Positions 18,500 through 27,874 of a stretch of 64,000 nt of DNA are shown here, piece after piece. The stretch lies in the sequence record MW384823.1. One strand, given 5' to 3'. Within the stretch, counting starts at the first letter, position 1. The number at the start of each line of letters is the position of its first letter. The notes below the pieces were generated by a model that saw only the letters and a list, made by a program, of their open reading frames with translations, did not search any database and was not told the DNA's origin. Made by a program: the position numbers and the translations under genes.

Positions 18500-18928
18500 A
18501 TGAATACACTGTCTTTCGAAGCGGGTAAAGGGTTAAGCGTCAACGGACATCTGGTGCCGGACACCAACAACCACCATTTTGAGAAGCTCTATCGCCGTAT
18601 CGGTGTGGGGCGTAAGGTCAACCTGAAAGTCACCAACGAGATTGCCCTCAATGGCAACGTGGCGGCTTTAGGCCCGATGTATGGCTTCCGCCCAAGTCAA
18701 GATGCCGCGGCTGCTCTGTTGCAGCACGGCGAGTTTAGCAGTGGTGTGTACGCGTTCCGTTTACTCGGTTCGCTCCGTCGTGTGTCAAACAAACACGTCG
18801 GTCAGGGCATGACACCAACCGTTTTACAATCCGGCGAAATTATCGTCCTCGTACATTCCAATCACGAACACGCTTCGGGCTTGGATTTCATGATTAGCTA
18901 TTCCGAAGTGGAGAGTGCAGATGTCTGA
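18500..18928 (+). CDS. Hypothetical protein
   Basis: TAAGGA RBS; 142 aa. Confidence 0.7.
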   Translation: MNTLSFEAGKGLSVNGHLVPDTNNHHFEKLYRRIGVGRKVNLKVTNEIALNGNVAALGPMYGFRPSQDAAAALLQHGEFSSGVYAFRLLGSLRRVSNKHVGQGMTPTVLQSGEIIVLVHSNHEHASGLDFMISYSEVESADV

Positions 18929-19805
18929 CAGAATTTACCCCGTCTTAAAGAACTTTGAACGTGTCGATACGTGGAACACCGAATCCGACATTTATCGTCA
19001 CGGTAATGTACATCAGCAGTCACTGAAAATGTACCGCCATCTCGGTGAGCTGTGTGAAGGCGTCCAGAAGATGAAGCAGCTGGAAGTGGCTTCGGCGATG
19101 GGCAAGTTTGTGGTGGCGCTGGTCGGGGTGGCTTCGTTTGCAGGAGTCGATGCACAGGAGCTGGATGAGCTTTACAGCTACGCGGGCAGAAAGGCTACGC
19201 CATGCACCCCAGCGCAAGCTGCGTGCAATCTGGTGCGTTCTACGACCTCTATGGTCAACGATATCAACCAGTGGTTGTCTCCGGCCGGGACGCAAATGGC
19301 ACGGGCCATTGCGACGTCCTCTATCTGTGAAGTTTTCTGCCTGCTCAAGCAGAACGCTTCCCTGAATGCGGTGGTGTTAGACCGCACGATTGAGAACGCC
19401 ACAAACGTACTCTGTGCGAAGAAAGGCAAGATGGATGAGTTCGGTCTGTTTCACGCGGAAGAAACTACCATTGCCACCTCCAGAACCGGTTTTGTCCATC
19501 GTGGTGTGGGCGAGTGGATTAAATTGGCTATCAACCGAGATTTGGAAGGCCGCTTCGCAGAGCTGACCTCGCAGTTGCAGTTCGAATCGAACACCGATGA
19601 AGTCAGACTGCGGGTTGAGGAGACGATGAACAGCCATCTTGAGTTTTCTTTGACCAAACACGTTCGCATGAAGCCTGCCGTTAAGCACATTCTTAATGGC
19701 CTTACCCCGGCGGTCGTAGTTTCGCAAGAAGGCAACCGTCTCGAAGTTACGTCTAACAGCGATCTGCAAACGTTGTTCACTGAATTGGAAAAGGTAACCG
19801 AATAA
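18921..19805 (+). CDS. Degenerate MazG-like (NTP pyrophosphatase fold) protein with extra C-terminal domain
   Basis: Aligns along ~165 aa to 22954..23787, but EExGE is RHLGE and DGIGD is SAMGK. Confidence 0.65.
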   Translation: MSDRIYPVLKNFERVDTWNTESDIYRHGNVHQQSLKMYRHLGELCEGVQKMKQLEVASAMGKFVVALVGVASFAGVDAQELDELYSYAGRKATPCTPAQAACNLVRSTTSMVNDINQWLSPAGTQMARAIATSSICEVFCLLKQNASLNAVVLDRTIENATNVLCAKKGKMDEFGLFHAEETTIATSRTGFVHRGVGEWIKLAINRDLEGRFAELTSQLQFESNTDEVRLRVEETMNSHLEFSLTKHVRMKPAVKHILNGLTPAVVVSQEGNRLEVTSNSDLQTLFTELEKVTE

Positions 19806-20872
19806 TGAAACAGTATTTAGAACTGATACACACTGTGTTGAATGATGGTCATGAAAAAGCTGACCGTACCGGCACAGGCACCATCTCTATTTTCGGTCAC
19901 CAGATGCGCTTTGACCTGCGCAAAGGTTTCCCGCTAGTCACCACCAAAAAGTTGCATCTGCGTTCTATCATTCACGAACTGCTGTGGTTCCTGAACGGCG
20001 ACACCAACATCCAGTATCTGAAAGACAATAATGTCAGTATCTGGGATGAGTGGGCGGATGAAAACGGCGACCTTGGTCCTGTTTACGGCAAGCAGTGGCG
20101 TGAATGGAACGCCGACAAAATGGTGTCCATCGACGACATGAACCTTCGTCAGCATTTGGAAGACGAAGGGTATATCGAGCGTGACATGATGTCTATCGAA
20201 GGGGAGCACTATTTCCTCTACAGTAAGACCATCGATCAGATCCAGACCATCATCGACCAGCTGCGTAACGACCCTGACAGCCGTCGCATCATCGTCAGTG
20301 CATGGAATGTGGGGGAGCTTGACCAGATGGCGTTAGCGCCGTGCCATTCCTTCTTCCAGTTCTATTCTCGTTCGATGATGGGTAAAGAATTGGATGCGTA
20401 TCTGGCTGAGTACCTTAAAACCGATACGCGGTTGGCTGAGAAATACGCCGAGCAGGTTGCCCTTTGTGAAGCAGACCCCGATGGCGATCACGTCAGCTCA
20501 CACATGTTCTGCCTGACCAACGATATACCGACCCGCGTCCTGTCCTGTCAGTTGTACCAGCGTAGTGCAGATGTATTTCTCGGTGTGCCGTTTAACATCG
20601 CGTCTTACGCGCTTCTTACCCACTTGGTCGCGCACCACGTTGGCATGGTGGCGGGTGATTTCATTTGGACAGGCGGTGATACTCATCTGTACACTAATCA
20701 CCTCGAGCAGGCCACTTTGCAGCTGACTCGCGTACCGCACCCGCTACCAAAACTGCGAATCGTTAATACAAACGGCGTACTTCCTAAAACGATCTTTAAT
20801 CACGCTTTCGAAGATTTCGTGATTGAGGACTACGAAAGCCACCCCGCAATTAAGGCACCGGTTGCCATCTAA
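19805..20872 (+). CDS. thyA: Thymidylate synthase with two insertions
   Basis: [78 protein letters not shown]. Confidence 0.98.
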   Translation: MKQYLELIHTVLNDGHEKADRTGTGTISIFGHQMRFDLRKGFPLVTTKKLHLRSIIHELLWFLNGDTNIQYLKDNNVSIWDEWADENGDLGPVYGKQWREWNADKMVSIDDMNLRQHLEDEGYIERDMMSIEGEHYFLYSKTIDQIQTIIDQLRNDPDSRRIIVSAWNVGELDQMALAPCHSFFQFYSRSMMGKELDAYLAEYLKTDTRLAEKYAEQVALCEADPDGDHVSSHMFCLTNDIPTRVLSCQLYQRSADVFLGVPFNIASYALLTHLVAHHVGMVAGDFIWTGGDTHLYTNHLEQATLQLTRVPHPLPKLRIVNTNGVLPKTIFNHAFEDFVIEDYESHPAIKAPVAI

Positions 20873-20881
20873 GGAACATGT

Positions 20882-21382
20882 ATGGCCGACAACGTACTGA
20901 AGTTTCCCGGTAAACCGAACGCTCACCCGGTCGTTGTCGCGCCTCGTGAGTATCGCGCACACTTTCCTATTCAGACCCGCGATGGGAAAGTGGATTCGTT
21001 TACAGTACCGGCGGGTGATATGTATTGGTGGGCGGCGATTTACGAACAAGTTGCTGCGACCAACCCGTTTTTTGAAAACGTCTTTTACTTTTACTCCGAA
21101 CCTTACGGCTGGCAGAATCAATCCTTTGCGAAACGTAAAACATCGTGTGAATTGACGATTGACCGCCGAACCCAGATGGAAATATTGAAAGCGGTGTCTT
21201 ATACGCACGTTCTGTCTTTTGATAGCCTTCTGAACGACGACGATTACCATCTTGTCCATGATAACGCCATGATGGTGTTGACTGACGATTTGGAAATCGA
21301 TTATGCAATGGGGATATTCATGTCCCCGACAACGAACCCCGACCGGTTCATCATTAATTTCGTGGAATGCCATAATGACTGA
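20882..21382 (+). CDS. Hypothetical protein
   Basis: TAAGGA RBS; 166 aa. Confidence 0.7.
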   Translation: MADNVLKFPGKPNAHPVVVAPREYRAHFPIQTRDGKVDSFTVPAGDMYWWAAIYEQVAATNPFFENVFYFYSEPYGWQNQSFAKRKTSCELTIDRRTQMEILKAVSYTHVLSFDSLLNDDDYHLVHDNAMMVLTDDLEIDYAMGIFMSPTTNPDRFIINFVECHND

Positions 21383-22250
21383 CAAACTCAATAACCTGTA
21401 TTTCTTCTCTGACCGTTTCTACACCATGCCGGGTGACAGCTACTCCTTCGGTGTTGTTGCTGCGAAAGACACGGCCGAAGCCAAACTGATGCTGGGTACC
21501 GAACTGGTTGATGGTCTGCCACTGGGCACCACGAACGCATCCGGCCAGATTCTGTGTGCGGAAGAAATTCGCCACATCGAACCGCGTGCCGACAGCGTAG
21601 CGAAAACCGTGGTTGCTGAGCTGTGGAAACTGAACGATGGCGTGGATGTTTCCGAGCGTGTGAAGTACCTGCGCGAAACCATTTCGAAAATGCAGGGTAT
21701 TGACTGTAGCAATCTGGAAGTGGACTTCACGCGTTGCCTGCGTATTCCGGGCGGTTGTACCAGCACCGGCAGTGACCTGTGGCGCATCATGGTGAAACAC
21801 CCGGACTTCCCAAACACTGTACCGATCATGCTGTCTGCGCAGGGCGACGGTTCAATCACCGGTAACGACGATGTGAACTTCACCAAACTTGGTGAAACCG
21901 AAGAGTACACCTACCACGAAAACGTGGATCGTGTGCTGACGCCTGAGTGGCTCATGCTGGACTTGTTGGAACAACACGGCCTGACCCCAGAAGACTGGTA
22001 CGTTATCGCCGGTACGGCGCGTGCAGCAGCCTATAGCGCTGCTCCGGTGGACGGCTGGGAAGAGGTGGCTGAGGTATACGGCCAGAATGAAAGCGCGCAC
22101 GTTATCCGCTTCTGGCTGAACCCAGACTGGCAGAATCTGATTGTGGCGGCTGTGGCGAAAGTGGTTGAGTCCATGCCAAAAGAGCCGTTGCCAGAAAACC
22201 TCGCCGACGAGCTGGCGGGTTCCGAATCTGCGGACGAAACCGCAGAGTAA
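21375..22250 (+). CDS. Hypothetical protein
   Basis: ATG 21375 overlaps the end of the previous gene; strong high-expression codon bias (CTG, GAA, ACC, AAC). Confidence 0.75.
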   Translation: MTDKLNNLYFFSDRFYTMPGDSYSFGVVAAKDTAEAKLMLGTELVDGLPLGTTNASGQILCAEEIRHIEPRADSVAKTVVAELWKLNDGVDVSERVKYLRETISKMQGIDCSNLEVDFTRCLRIPGGCTSTGSDLWRIMVKHPDFPNTVPIMLSAQGDGSITGNDDVNFTKLGETEEYTYHENVDRVLTPEWLMLDLLEQHGLTPEDWYVIAGTARAAAYSAAPVDGWEEVAEVYGQNESAHVIRFWLNPDWQNLIVAAVAKVVESMPKEPLPENLADELAGSESADETAE

Positions 22251-22272
22251 CTTAACTGAAAAGGTGAATAAA

Positions 22273-22725
22273 GTGTCTAAGACTCTAATCAATTACGATT
22301 TAGTAGTGCAAGAACTTTCCAAAGGCTTGATTGCTCTCGACAGTGAAACGGCGTTGCGTTGCAATATGCTTCCCCATATCGCGCTAAGTGAGTTCCGCAC
22401 GATTCGTTATGGTGCCGGTCGCCAAAAAGGCGTCACCGAATACATTTCGAAGTTAGCCGCGGGGCACAATGGACCGGTATTGGTTCTGACGCATGCCGTG
22501 GCGCTACGGGACGAATTCATGTTCCGTGTCGAAGGTAACTTTCCGGGTAAAGACAACATCACATCGTTATGTGGCTACTTCCCCGACAATTGGCGAGTTG
22601 AAAAGTTCAGCCTCGTTATTGTTGATGAAGCCGGTTTCTTCTTTAAGAAGTTTGGCTACGATAAAATCTATCGCAGTCTGGCAACACAAACGACTGATGA
22701 TGTAGTGATTCACCTGATTAACTGA
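22273..22725 (+). CDS. Small stand-alone P-loop/ASCE-like protein (terminase/SF2 ATPase-like, degenerate Walker A)
   Basis: IRYGAGRQKGVT (cf. GRQxGKT), VLVLTH strand and Walker B LVIVDEA. Start is GTG 22273 or 22264. Confidence 0.55.
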   Translation: MSKTLINYDLVVQELSKGLIALDSETALRCNMLPHIALSEFRTIRYGAGRQKGVTEYISKLAAGHNGPVLVLTHAVALRDEFMFRVEGNFPGKDNITSLCGYFPDNWRVEKFSLVIVDEAGFFFKKFGYDKIYRSLATQTTDDVVIHLIN

Positions 22726-22733
22726 GGTTTGTA

Positions 22734-22898
22734 ATGTCCCAAGTAGAGAAAGAAGTCATCGCACAAGCAGATAACGCTTCACTGGACGATTTGTTCGGTG
22801 GTGATATTCCGGGTGTGGACGAGAACGCAGTGGTTGAAGGCGGTGTTGATGCTGGCGCTGAAGACGACAACTGCGCAGGCGGTGCCTGCAAAATTTAA
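22734..22898 (+). CDS. 54-aa acidic peptide ending in an NrdA-like CxxxxC tail
   Basis: Missing from the ORF track. GAGGT RBS, ATG 22734, TAA 22898. Translation MSQVEKEVIAQADNASLDDLFGGDIPGVDENAVVEGGVDAGAEDDNCAGGACKI. Followed by a hairpin. Confidence 0.8.
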   Translation: MSQVEKEVIAQADNASLDDLFGGDIPGVDENAVVEGGVDAGAEDDNCAGGACKI

Positions 22899-22905
22899 CA
22901 AGAGC

Positions 22906-22925
22906 GGGTGTCCTTATGGACACCC
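22906..22925 (+). terminator. Hairpin / weak intrinsic terminator
   Basis: GGGTGTCC-TTAT-GGACACCC followed by CTATTTCATTTTTT. Confidence 0.65.
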
Positions 22926-22953
22926 CTATTTCATTTTTTAAGGACTATCAGAA

Positions 22954-23787
22954 ATGCAACAGACTTTTGAGTTACCGATTGAACACAAAGCCGTCATCCT
23001 GAACAGTGCCATCTTAGATTTCGTCATGCCTCAGTTGGCGGCGGCCGGTAAACGGATGTCTCGCATTACGCGTCTGGCAATCAGTAGTGAAGGCCCACAG
23101 ACGCTGGTTAACGGTTTTACCTTCGAAGGTGAACCGGCAGAATTCCACGCAATGCTGCGCTATCACACCGGTCTCGAGTTCCACAAAGAGCCGGTCTACC
23201 ATAACCGCATCGTCCCGCTGTACCGTGTGTCGCAGTGTGTGGCTAAAGTCATCGGCTGGTCAACTGACCGCGGTATTCTGGAAAACGGCCGTTGGGACTC
23301 ACAGGGTACCAAGCTGTATGAAGAAGACGGCGAAGCAGCAACCGGCGTGGGTAAAAACAAAAAGCGTCTGATCATCGACGGCATCGGTGATGCACTGGTT
23401 GTACTGGTCAACGTACTGGAACTGACCAGCATCGATGCGGCAGAAATTGCCCACATTTATCAGTTGGTGCGTGACACCAGAACTGTGGTGGACAACCCGC
23501 ACTACCATTTCCACAAAATGCGCAAGAACCTGACCGAAGTGGTCGATGTGGTTTACGAATGTGAAGCCATTGACTCACCGAAGAAAGTGGAAATCGGCCG
23601 CTTAACGCACGACGAACGTCAGCAGATGCTGGGTCATGCACAACAGGCTATCCATCACGCTAACCAGTTGGCGCGCCACTACGACTACTCGCTGGACGAG
23701 TGCTTCTCTCTGGCGTGGGATGAAATCAAAGACCGTAAAGGTTTCCTGAGCGCTGACGGCGTGTTCATCAAAGAAGCCGACGCTTAA
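22954..23787 (+). CDS. MazG-like nucleotide pyrophosphohydrolase
   Basis: W..DRGI...Q..KLYEEDGE...IIDGIGDALVVL...DECF..AWDEIKDRKG..DGVFIKE, the phage MazG-like signature with acidic ligands intact. Confidence 0.85.
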   Translation: MQQTFELPIEHKAVILNSAILDFVMPQLAAAGKRMSRITRLAISSEGPQTLVNGFTFEGEPAEFHAMLRYHTGLEFHKEPVYHNRIVPLYRVSQCVAKVIGWSTDRGILENGRWDSQGTKLYEEDGEAATGVGKNKKRLIIDGIGDALVVLVNVLELTSIDAAEIAHIYQLVRDTRTVVDNPHYHFHKMRKNLTEVVDVVYECEAIDSPKKVEIGRLTHDERQQMLGHAQQAIHHANQLARHYDYSLDECFSLAWDEIKDRKGFLSADGVFIKEADA

Positions 23788-23819
23788 TTCACGTCCACTA
23801 ACAATGCAGGAGTAGGACA

Positions 23820-24674
23820 ATGGAATACCAATTATTTCTCATCACGAACGACTTTACCAAATCCCATGTGGATGAGTCGTTTCATGCCACGGTAGTCGCA
23901 CCGACAGAAGCGGCTGCTCGTTGGATTGTTGCCCAGCAATGCACAAACCTCGCCATGCGCGAAGTGCAGGCTGCGGTAGCTTTTGCAGTGGGTAAGATTG
24001 ACGCCCCTGCTGAGGGAATAATTTCGTTCGAGTATGGACGGCGTAATCGCTTCCCGGTACTCAGCCTCGATGAGTATAAGCTCCAAGATGTGTTTATTGA
24101 GGTTGAGCTGCACGGTGGTATTCAGCCGACGCACAGTATCCACCCGCCGGTGCCGGGTGCTGTTGTCAGATGCTTCGCCAGCAAAGAACACCCACGCATC
24201 GTACTGATTCGCAGCACGCTCAAGACCACCGTTCCAACGGTCGTTGAGGAAGTGGGTGTAACTAACGAAGCGACGTCGATTCAACTCTACACCGTTCACT
24301 CACCGTCGGCTTACACCGAAGTTCCGAAAGGTGAAGTCTTCACCACCGAATACATTAACCTGTTTGGGCGTGAAGATGTGTTGTTGTTCCGTTCGCTGAT
24401 TATCCGTAATACGGAATTGGCCTACCAGAACAAGCGCACGGAAGAACTGCTGCATGAGCTGCAATCTTTCTTCGCCGAAGGTGGTGACCGCAACAGCATG
24501 GACGCGGGTATCAGTTACTATCCGGGTCAAAAGCTGACCATTGCCGATCCCAGCAAGTTGGTGCTGTGGGTGATGTCGTTGCCGCAGGTTATTACGCTTG
24601 ACCGTATCATTACGGAAGAAAGCCTCAAGCCGATTGCAGGCACTAACTGCCAGACCCTGAATACGGGAGAGTAG
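23820..24674 (+). CDS. Hypothetical protein
   Basis: AGGAG RBS; 284 aa. Confidence 0.7.
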   Translation: MEYQLFLITNDFTKSHVDESFHATVVAPTEAAARWIVAQQCTNLAMREVQAAVAFAVGKIDAPAEGIISFEYGRRNRFPVLSLDEYKLQDVFIEVELHGGIQPTHSIHPPVPGAVVRCFASKEHPRIVLIRSTLKTTVPTVVEEVGVTNEATSIQLYTVHSPSAYTEVPKGEVFTTEYINLFGREDVLLFRSLIIRNTELAYQNKRTEELLHELQSFFAEGGDRNSMDAGISYYPGQKLTIADPSKLVLWVMSLPQVITLDRIITEESLKPIAGTNCQTLNTGE

Positions 24675-24675
24675 C

Positions 24676-25182
24676 ATGTTTGATGTGAACGTCGTCCCCC
24701 GGTTGGACGAGTTCGTCGTGCAGATAAACAACGAAGTTATCTGTGTCTGCGACGAACAACGGGCCAACTTCTGGCGCTGTTGTATGGGTGCGGATAAGGT
24801 CTTCGTCAGTTGTGATGTCGGTGTGTCGTTTGGTGAAGAACCGCTGCGCCTCTGCAAGTTCCGTATCAGTGAAGCGGAGATGCGCACGTTACTCAGTCAG
24901 GTGGTGTATACCTTCGACCACCTTGATAATGAAAACCGCGTGGGTTGGGCAGAGATTGACCCGTCGATTACACGGATGCTGCGTCAAGGGGCTGAGGAGA
25001 TTGTTGAGTCACAAAGCATGTGGCTTGATGAAGATGATGTGTACCCGAAAGGTGTACCGTTTATCCTTATCCATCCTGACCGCAATACCCGCACGGGTGA
25101 AGCCTTCATCGAACTGATGTTCATCGAAATGCCGGAGAACCATGATGTCGAAGAAAAAGAATCAGCTGACCTTCAATGCTGA
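24676..25182 (+). CDS. Hypothetical protein
   Basis: GGGAG RBS; 168 aa. Confidence 0.65.
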   Translation: MFDVNVVPRLDEFVVQINNEVICVCDEQRANFWRCCMGADKVFVSCDVGVSFGEEPLRLCKFRISEAEMRTLLSQVVYTFDHLDNENRVGWAEIDPSITRMLRQGAEEIVESQSMWLDEDDVYPKGVPFILIHPDRNTRTGEAFIELMFIEMPENHDVEEKESADLQC

Positions 25183-25588
25183 TAGTCAGACCATCAGTGT
25201 AAACGGGAAGAACTGGGGGAACCTCGGGTTGGCAGCATGGGTGCTGGAACGTCTGGCGAACCGCTCTACCCGTTTTGGGGGTCTTGACTTCGTTATTATC
25301 GACGAACCGCTCAAGTACGAACCGTGGCAGAACTTCCATGCCATTGAAATGTACAGCGCGATTCCGAACATGATAATCACAAAAGTGTTGGCAGAGCAGA
25401 ACTACCGTGGTGGATTTACCAACCACCACTTCGCCCTGACCTCCAGTCAGAAGTACGGCGTTGAAGTGCCATTGCTGAATAAAGTCCCAACGGACATCGG
25501 TGAAGATGCGTTGGTCTTCTTCTTCTCGTACGACCATGCGGAACCCAACAGCGAGTTCCAGTGGACGATGCTCCATCAGATGCGTTAA
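25142..25588 (+). CDS. Hypothetical protein
   Basis: GGAG RBS; contains the Walker-B-like GLDFVIIDE; ends at a terminator. Confidence 0.6.
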   Translation: MMSKKKNQLTFNADSQTISVNGKNWGNLGLAAWVLERLANRSTRFGGLDFVIIDEPLKYEPWQNFHAIEMYSAIPNMIITKVLAEQNYRGGFTNHHFALTSSQKYGVEVPLLNKVPTDIGEDALVFFFSYDHAEPNSEFQWTMLHQMR

Positions 25589-25638
25589 ATAAAAAAGACT
25601 ACCTACTCCCGAAGGAGTAGGTAGCTTTATTTTTTTTG
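25589..25638. terminator. Bidirectional intrinsic terminator (repeat family)
   Basis: CTACCTACTCC-CGAA-GGAGTAGGTAG at 25599-25624, identical to 9104-9129, with A- and T-tracts. Confidence 0.9.
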
Positions 25639-25639
25639 C

Positions 25640-27829
25640 TTACAGGTCACCACGGGCCGTACCGGTGAACGCCGTGAAGACGTTCGCCACCATACGGGCA
25701 GGCGGGAGGTCGAAGAACTTGTTCATTATCGCACCCTGCGAGAAGGCAGACTTCCATGACTGGAACTGCACGTTCGCATTCTGCGTGGCTTTCGCCCAAC
25801 CACTGGTACGTTGGTGTAAGGTTGCGGAACCCAGCACCGCCATGAAGTCGGAGAACTTGTTATCGTCATCCCATACGCCAGTATCGGTTACGATAGGCAT
25901 GTACATGGTACGCGACATGTCGCGGATAGTGACGTTAATGTCGCAAGACAAAGGCACACCGTCCGTACGCCATCCCAGACCACCGACACCGAAGTTCAGA
26001 CTCACGTTCGTCACCATGGCGTTACGCATCGAGTAGCGACCTCGAGAGTAGGCTTCCAGATAGAACGGGTGTGTGAACGACTGTTTACCAGTGGCTAATG
26101 GGCAGACTGCGGCTAACCAGAAGGCCACAGGGAGAATCAGGTCTTGGAAGACGTCCAAGTCCCCACCCGACCAACAGCGGCACGGGATGGTAAAGGAGAT
26201 GTCATCGCCGGATGTATCGGATGAATCCCACACTTCGGGGAAGTCAATCACTGATGAGTTGTACAGTGACATAATCCCTGAGAGATGAAGGAAGTCCAGT
26301 GCCCCTGCAAAGGCTGACTTCAATCCAGTAATTAACCCATCCACACCATCAATACCGGTTTTACCACCCGCCAGACTCACCTCGAGCGAGCGAGCTTTCT
26401 GGGTAGCGGAGTTCACCGTACCGGAAATCTCTGGCTCTTTGGTGGAGTTGCTGAACGTACGGGTAGTGGTGTCACGGCCGTTAATCTTCCACGTCACCCA
26501 CTGCGAACCGTTACTGAGTTCATCACCGGCTTGCTGCACAATCCCATCGGTAATCTTCGAGAATTCCCCGAACATCGTTCCGAAGGTACTCTTCTCCCCT
26601 TCGCGCATCCAGTTCTCAATTTTACCGGTGTCTTTTGCCAACGCTTCGCCGTTATCGTCCGCCCCATTGTTGTTCGCCATGGTTTGGGCTTGGAGTTGCT
26701 GTTGGGCAACGTCTGCCGATTTGAGGAACTGTTGCTCGCCCCCACCTGCACTGTCCGCGTCTGCGAACTTCGCGGTCATGTTATCCAACACTTGGTCTTC
26801 AGTCATGTCCGGGTTCTCAACGCCTTTATAACCGGCACTGGTGCGCGCAAGTTGTTCAAGGGTTGACAGCGAGACTTCAAACGAAGCAGCCTTGTCCAGA
26901 TACTGGCGACTGTACGTCATGGTCTTGTAGAACGACTGTATCTTCGTGGCCATCTCTGCTTCGGTGTTTGAGGTGGCTTTGATTTCGGCAATCGTCTTCG
27001 CTTGGAAGTTGGCAAGGGTTTGATAGCGGTTAATCATTCGATAGATATCGAATTCCCCGTTAGACTTCCAGATGTCCGGCAGTCCGGCGTAGATGTCTTC
27101 CTTGTTCGCGTTGAAATTTTTGTTTTTGTCCTCATCGTTCTTGGCGAGCCCAAATGAGGCAAGAATCCCCGTGGGTACCAAACGACGATAAAGCAACTGC
27201 GTGTTGACGATGTTCTGCACGGCACGGAGGTACAGGTGCATGGTCGGTTTCACGTAGTAATACTTCGAAGACTGTTTGTCGAGCACGGCTTTCATGATTC
27301 GTGGGGTAATCAGGATAAGCGCGAACGCAACCGTACCCACAGTCGCCCAGATAGCAGCGGCGGCGGTGTACGAGGCCAGTGAACGAATGACGCCCGGATA
27401 GTCACCCGTACGGGCGAGGTATGCGAGTTTCGAGTCGTACATGTTGGCAAAGAACGCGGCAACGCCGAGATAGCGCGGCTTGCCGAAACGACAGTGCAGA
27501 TAGAAGGCGTTCTGCTCAATGGATTCGTAGTAATACGCGCCTAAGCGGTACGACCCTTGGGCAGAGAACGACTCAAACCACCGGCGGTTGCTCTGCGGTC
27601 CGGGGGCTTCTTTGGGTACCGCTAACGCACCGGTAATCGGTGGGTCAGCAAAGAACGTAAATTGGGGTGGTGCGTTTAACGCAGCGTTACCGCCCACGGT
27701 GGTGTCACTGAATGACAGCAGCGCGTCGGAGTACGTGCGTGTGTTGTAGAAACGGGTATCCCGTGGCAACTTCATACTGCCAAACAATCCGTTCACCCAC
27801 GTTGTGTCGTTGAGCGATCGTGTATCCAC
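25640..27829 (-). CDS. Virion tail/baseplate structural protein (phiKZ gp182-like position)
   Basis: 729 aa; GTG start with GAGG RBS; directly downstream of the tape-measure gene. Call rests on synteny. Confidence 0.65.
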   Translation of the reverse strand: MDTRSLNDTTWVNGLFGSMKLPRDTRFYNTRTYSDALLSFSDTTVGGNAALNAPPQFTFFADPPITGALAVPKEAPGPQSNRRWFESFSAQGSYRLGAYYYESIEQNAFYLHCRFGKPRYLGVAAFFANMYDSKLAYLARTGDYPGVIRSLASYTAAAAIWATVGTVAFALILITPRIMKAVLDKQSSKYYYVKPTMHLYLRAVQNIVNTQLLYRRLVPTGILASFGLAKNDEDKNKNFNANKEDIYAGLPDIWKSNGEFDIYRMINRYQTLANFQAKTIAEIKATSNTEAEMATKIQSFYKTMTYSRQYLDKAASFEVSLSTLEQLARTSAGYKGVENPDMTEDQVLDNMTAKFADADSAGGGEQQFLKSADVAQQQLQAQTMANNNGADDNGEALAKDTGKIENWMREGEKSTFGTMFGEFSKITDGIVQQAGDELSNGSQWVTWKINGRDTTTRTFSNSTKEPEISGTVNSATQKARSLEVSLAGGKTGIDGVDGLITGLKSAFAGALDFLHLSGIMSLYNSSVIDFPEVWDSSDTSGDDISFTIPCRCWSGGDLDVFQDLILPVAFWLAAVCPLATGKQSFTHPFYLEAYSRGRYSMRNAMVTNVSLNFGVGGLGWRTDGVPLSCDINVTIRDMSRTMYMPIVTDTGVWDDDNKFSDFMAVLGSATLHQRTSGWAKATQNANVQFQSWKSAFSQGAIMNKFFDLPPARMVANVFTAFTGTARGDL

Positions 27830-27850
27830 GTTAACCTCACTTATGGAAAT

Positions 27851-27870
27851 GGGGGAGGTTTCCCTCCCCC
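27851..27870 (-). other. GC-rich GNRA hairpin between tail genes
   Basis: Minus strand GGGGGAGG-GAAA-CCTCCCCC, perfect 8 bp stem, no clear U-tract. Confidence 0.7.
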
Positions 27871-27874
27871 GTTG

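Noticed and set aside
25142-25588. Walker-B-like GLDFVIIDE as the second half of a split ATPase with 22273..22725
   Set aside because: The other protein already has its own Walker B and the genes are 2.4 kb apart. One short motif is not enough evidence.
9104-25624. Identical 37-bp repeats as CRISPR repeats or IS ends
   Set aside because: The copies are 16 kb apart with no spacer array or transposase. Each forms a terminator hairpin between convergent genes.
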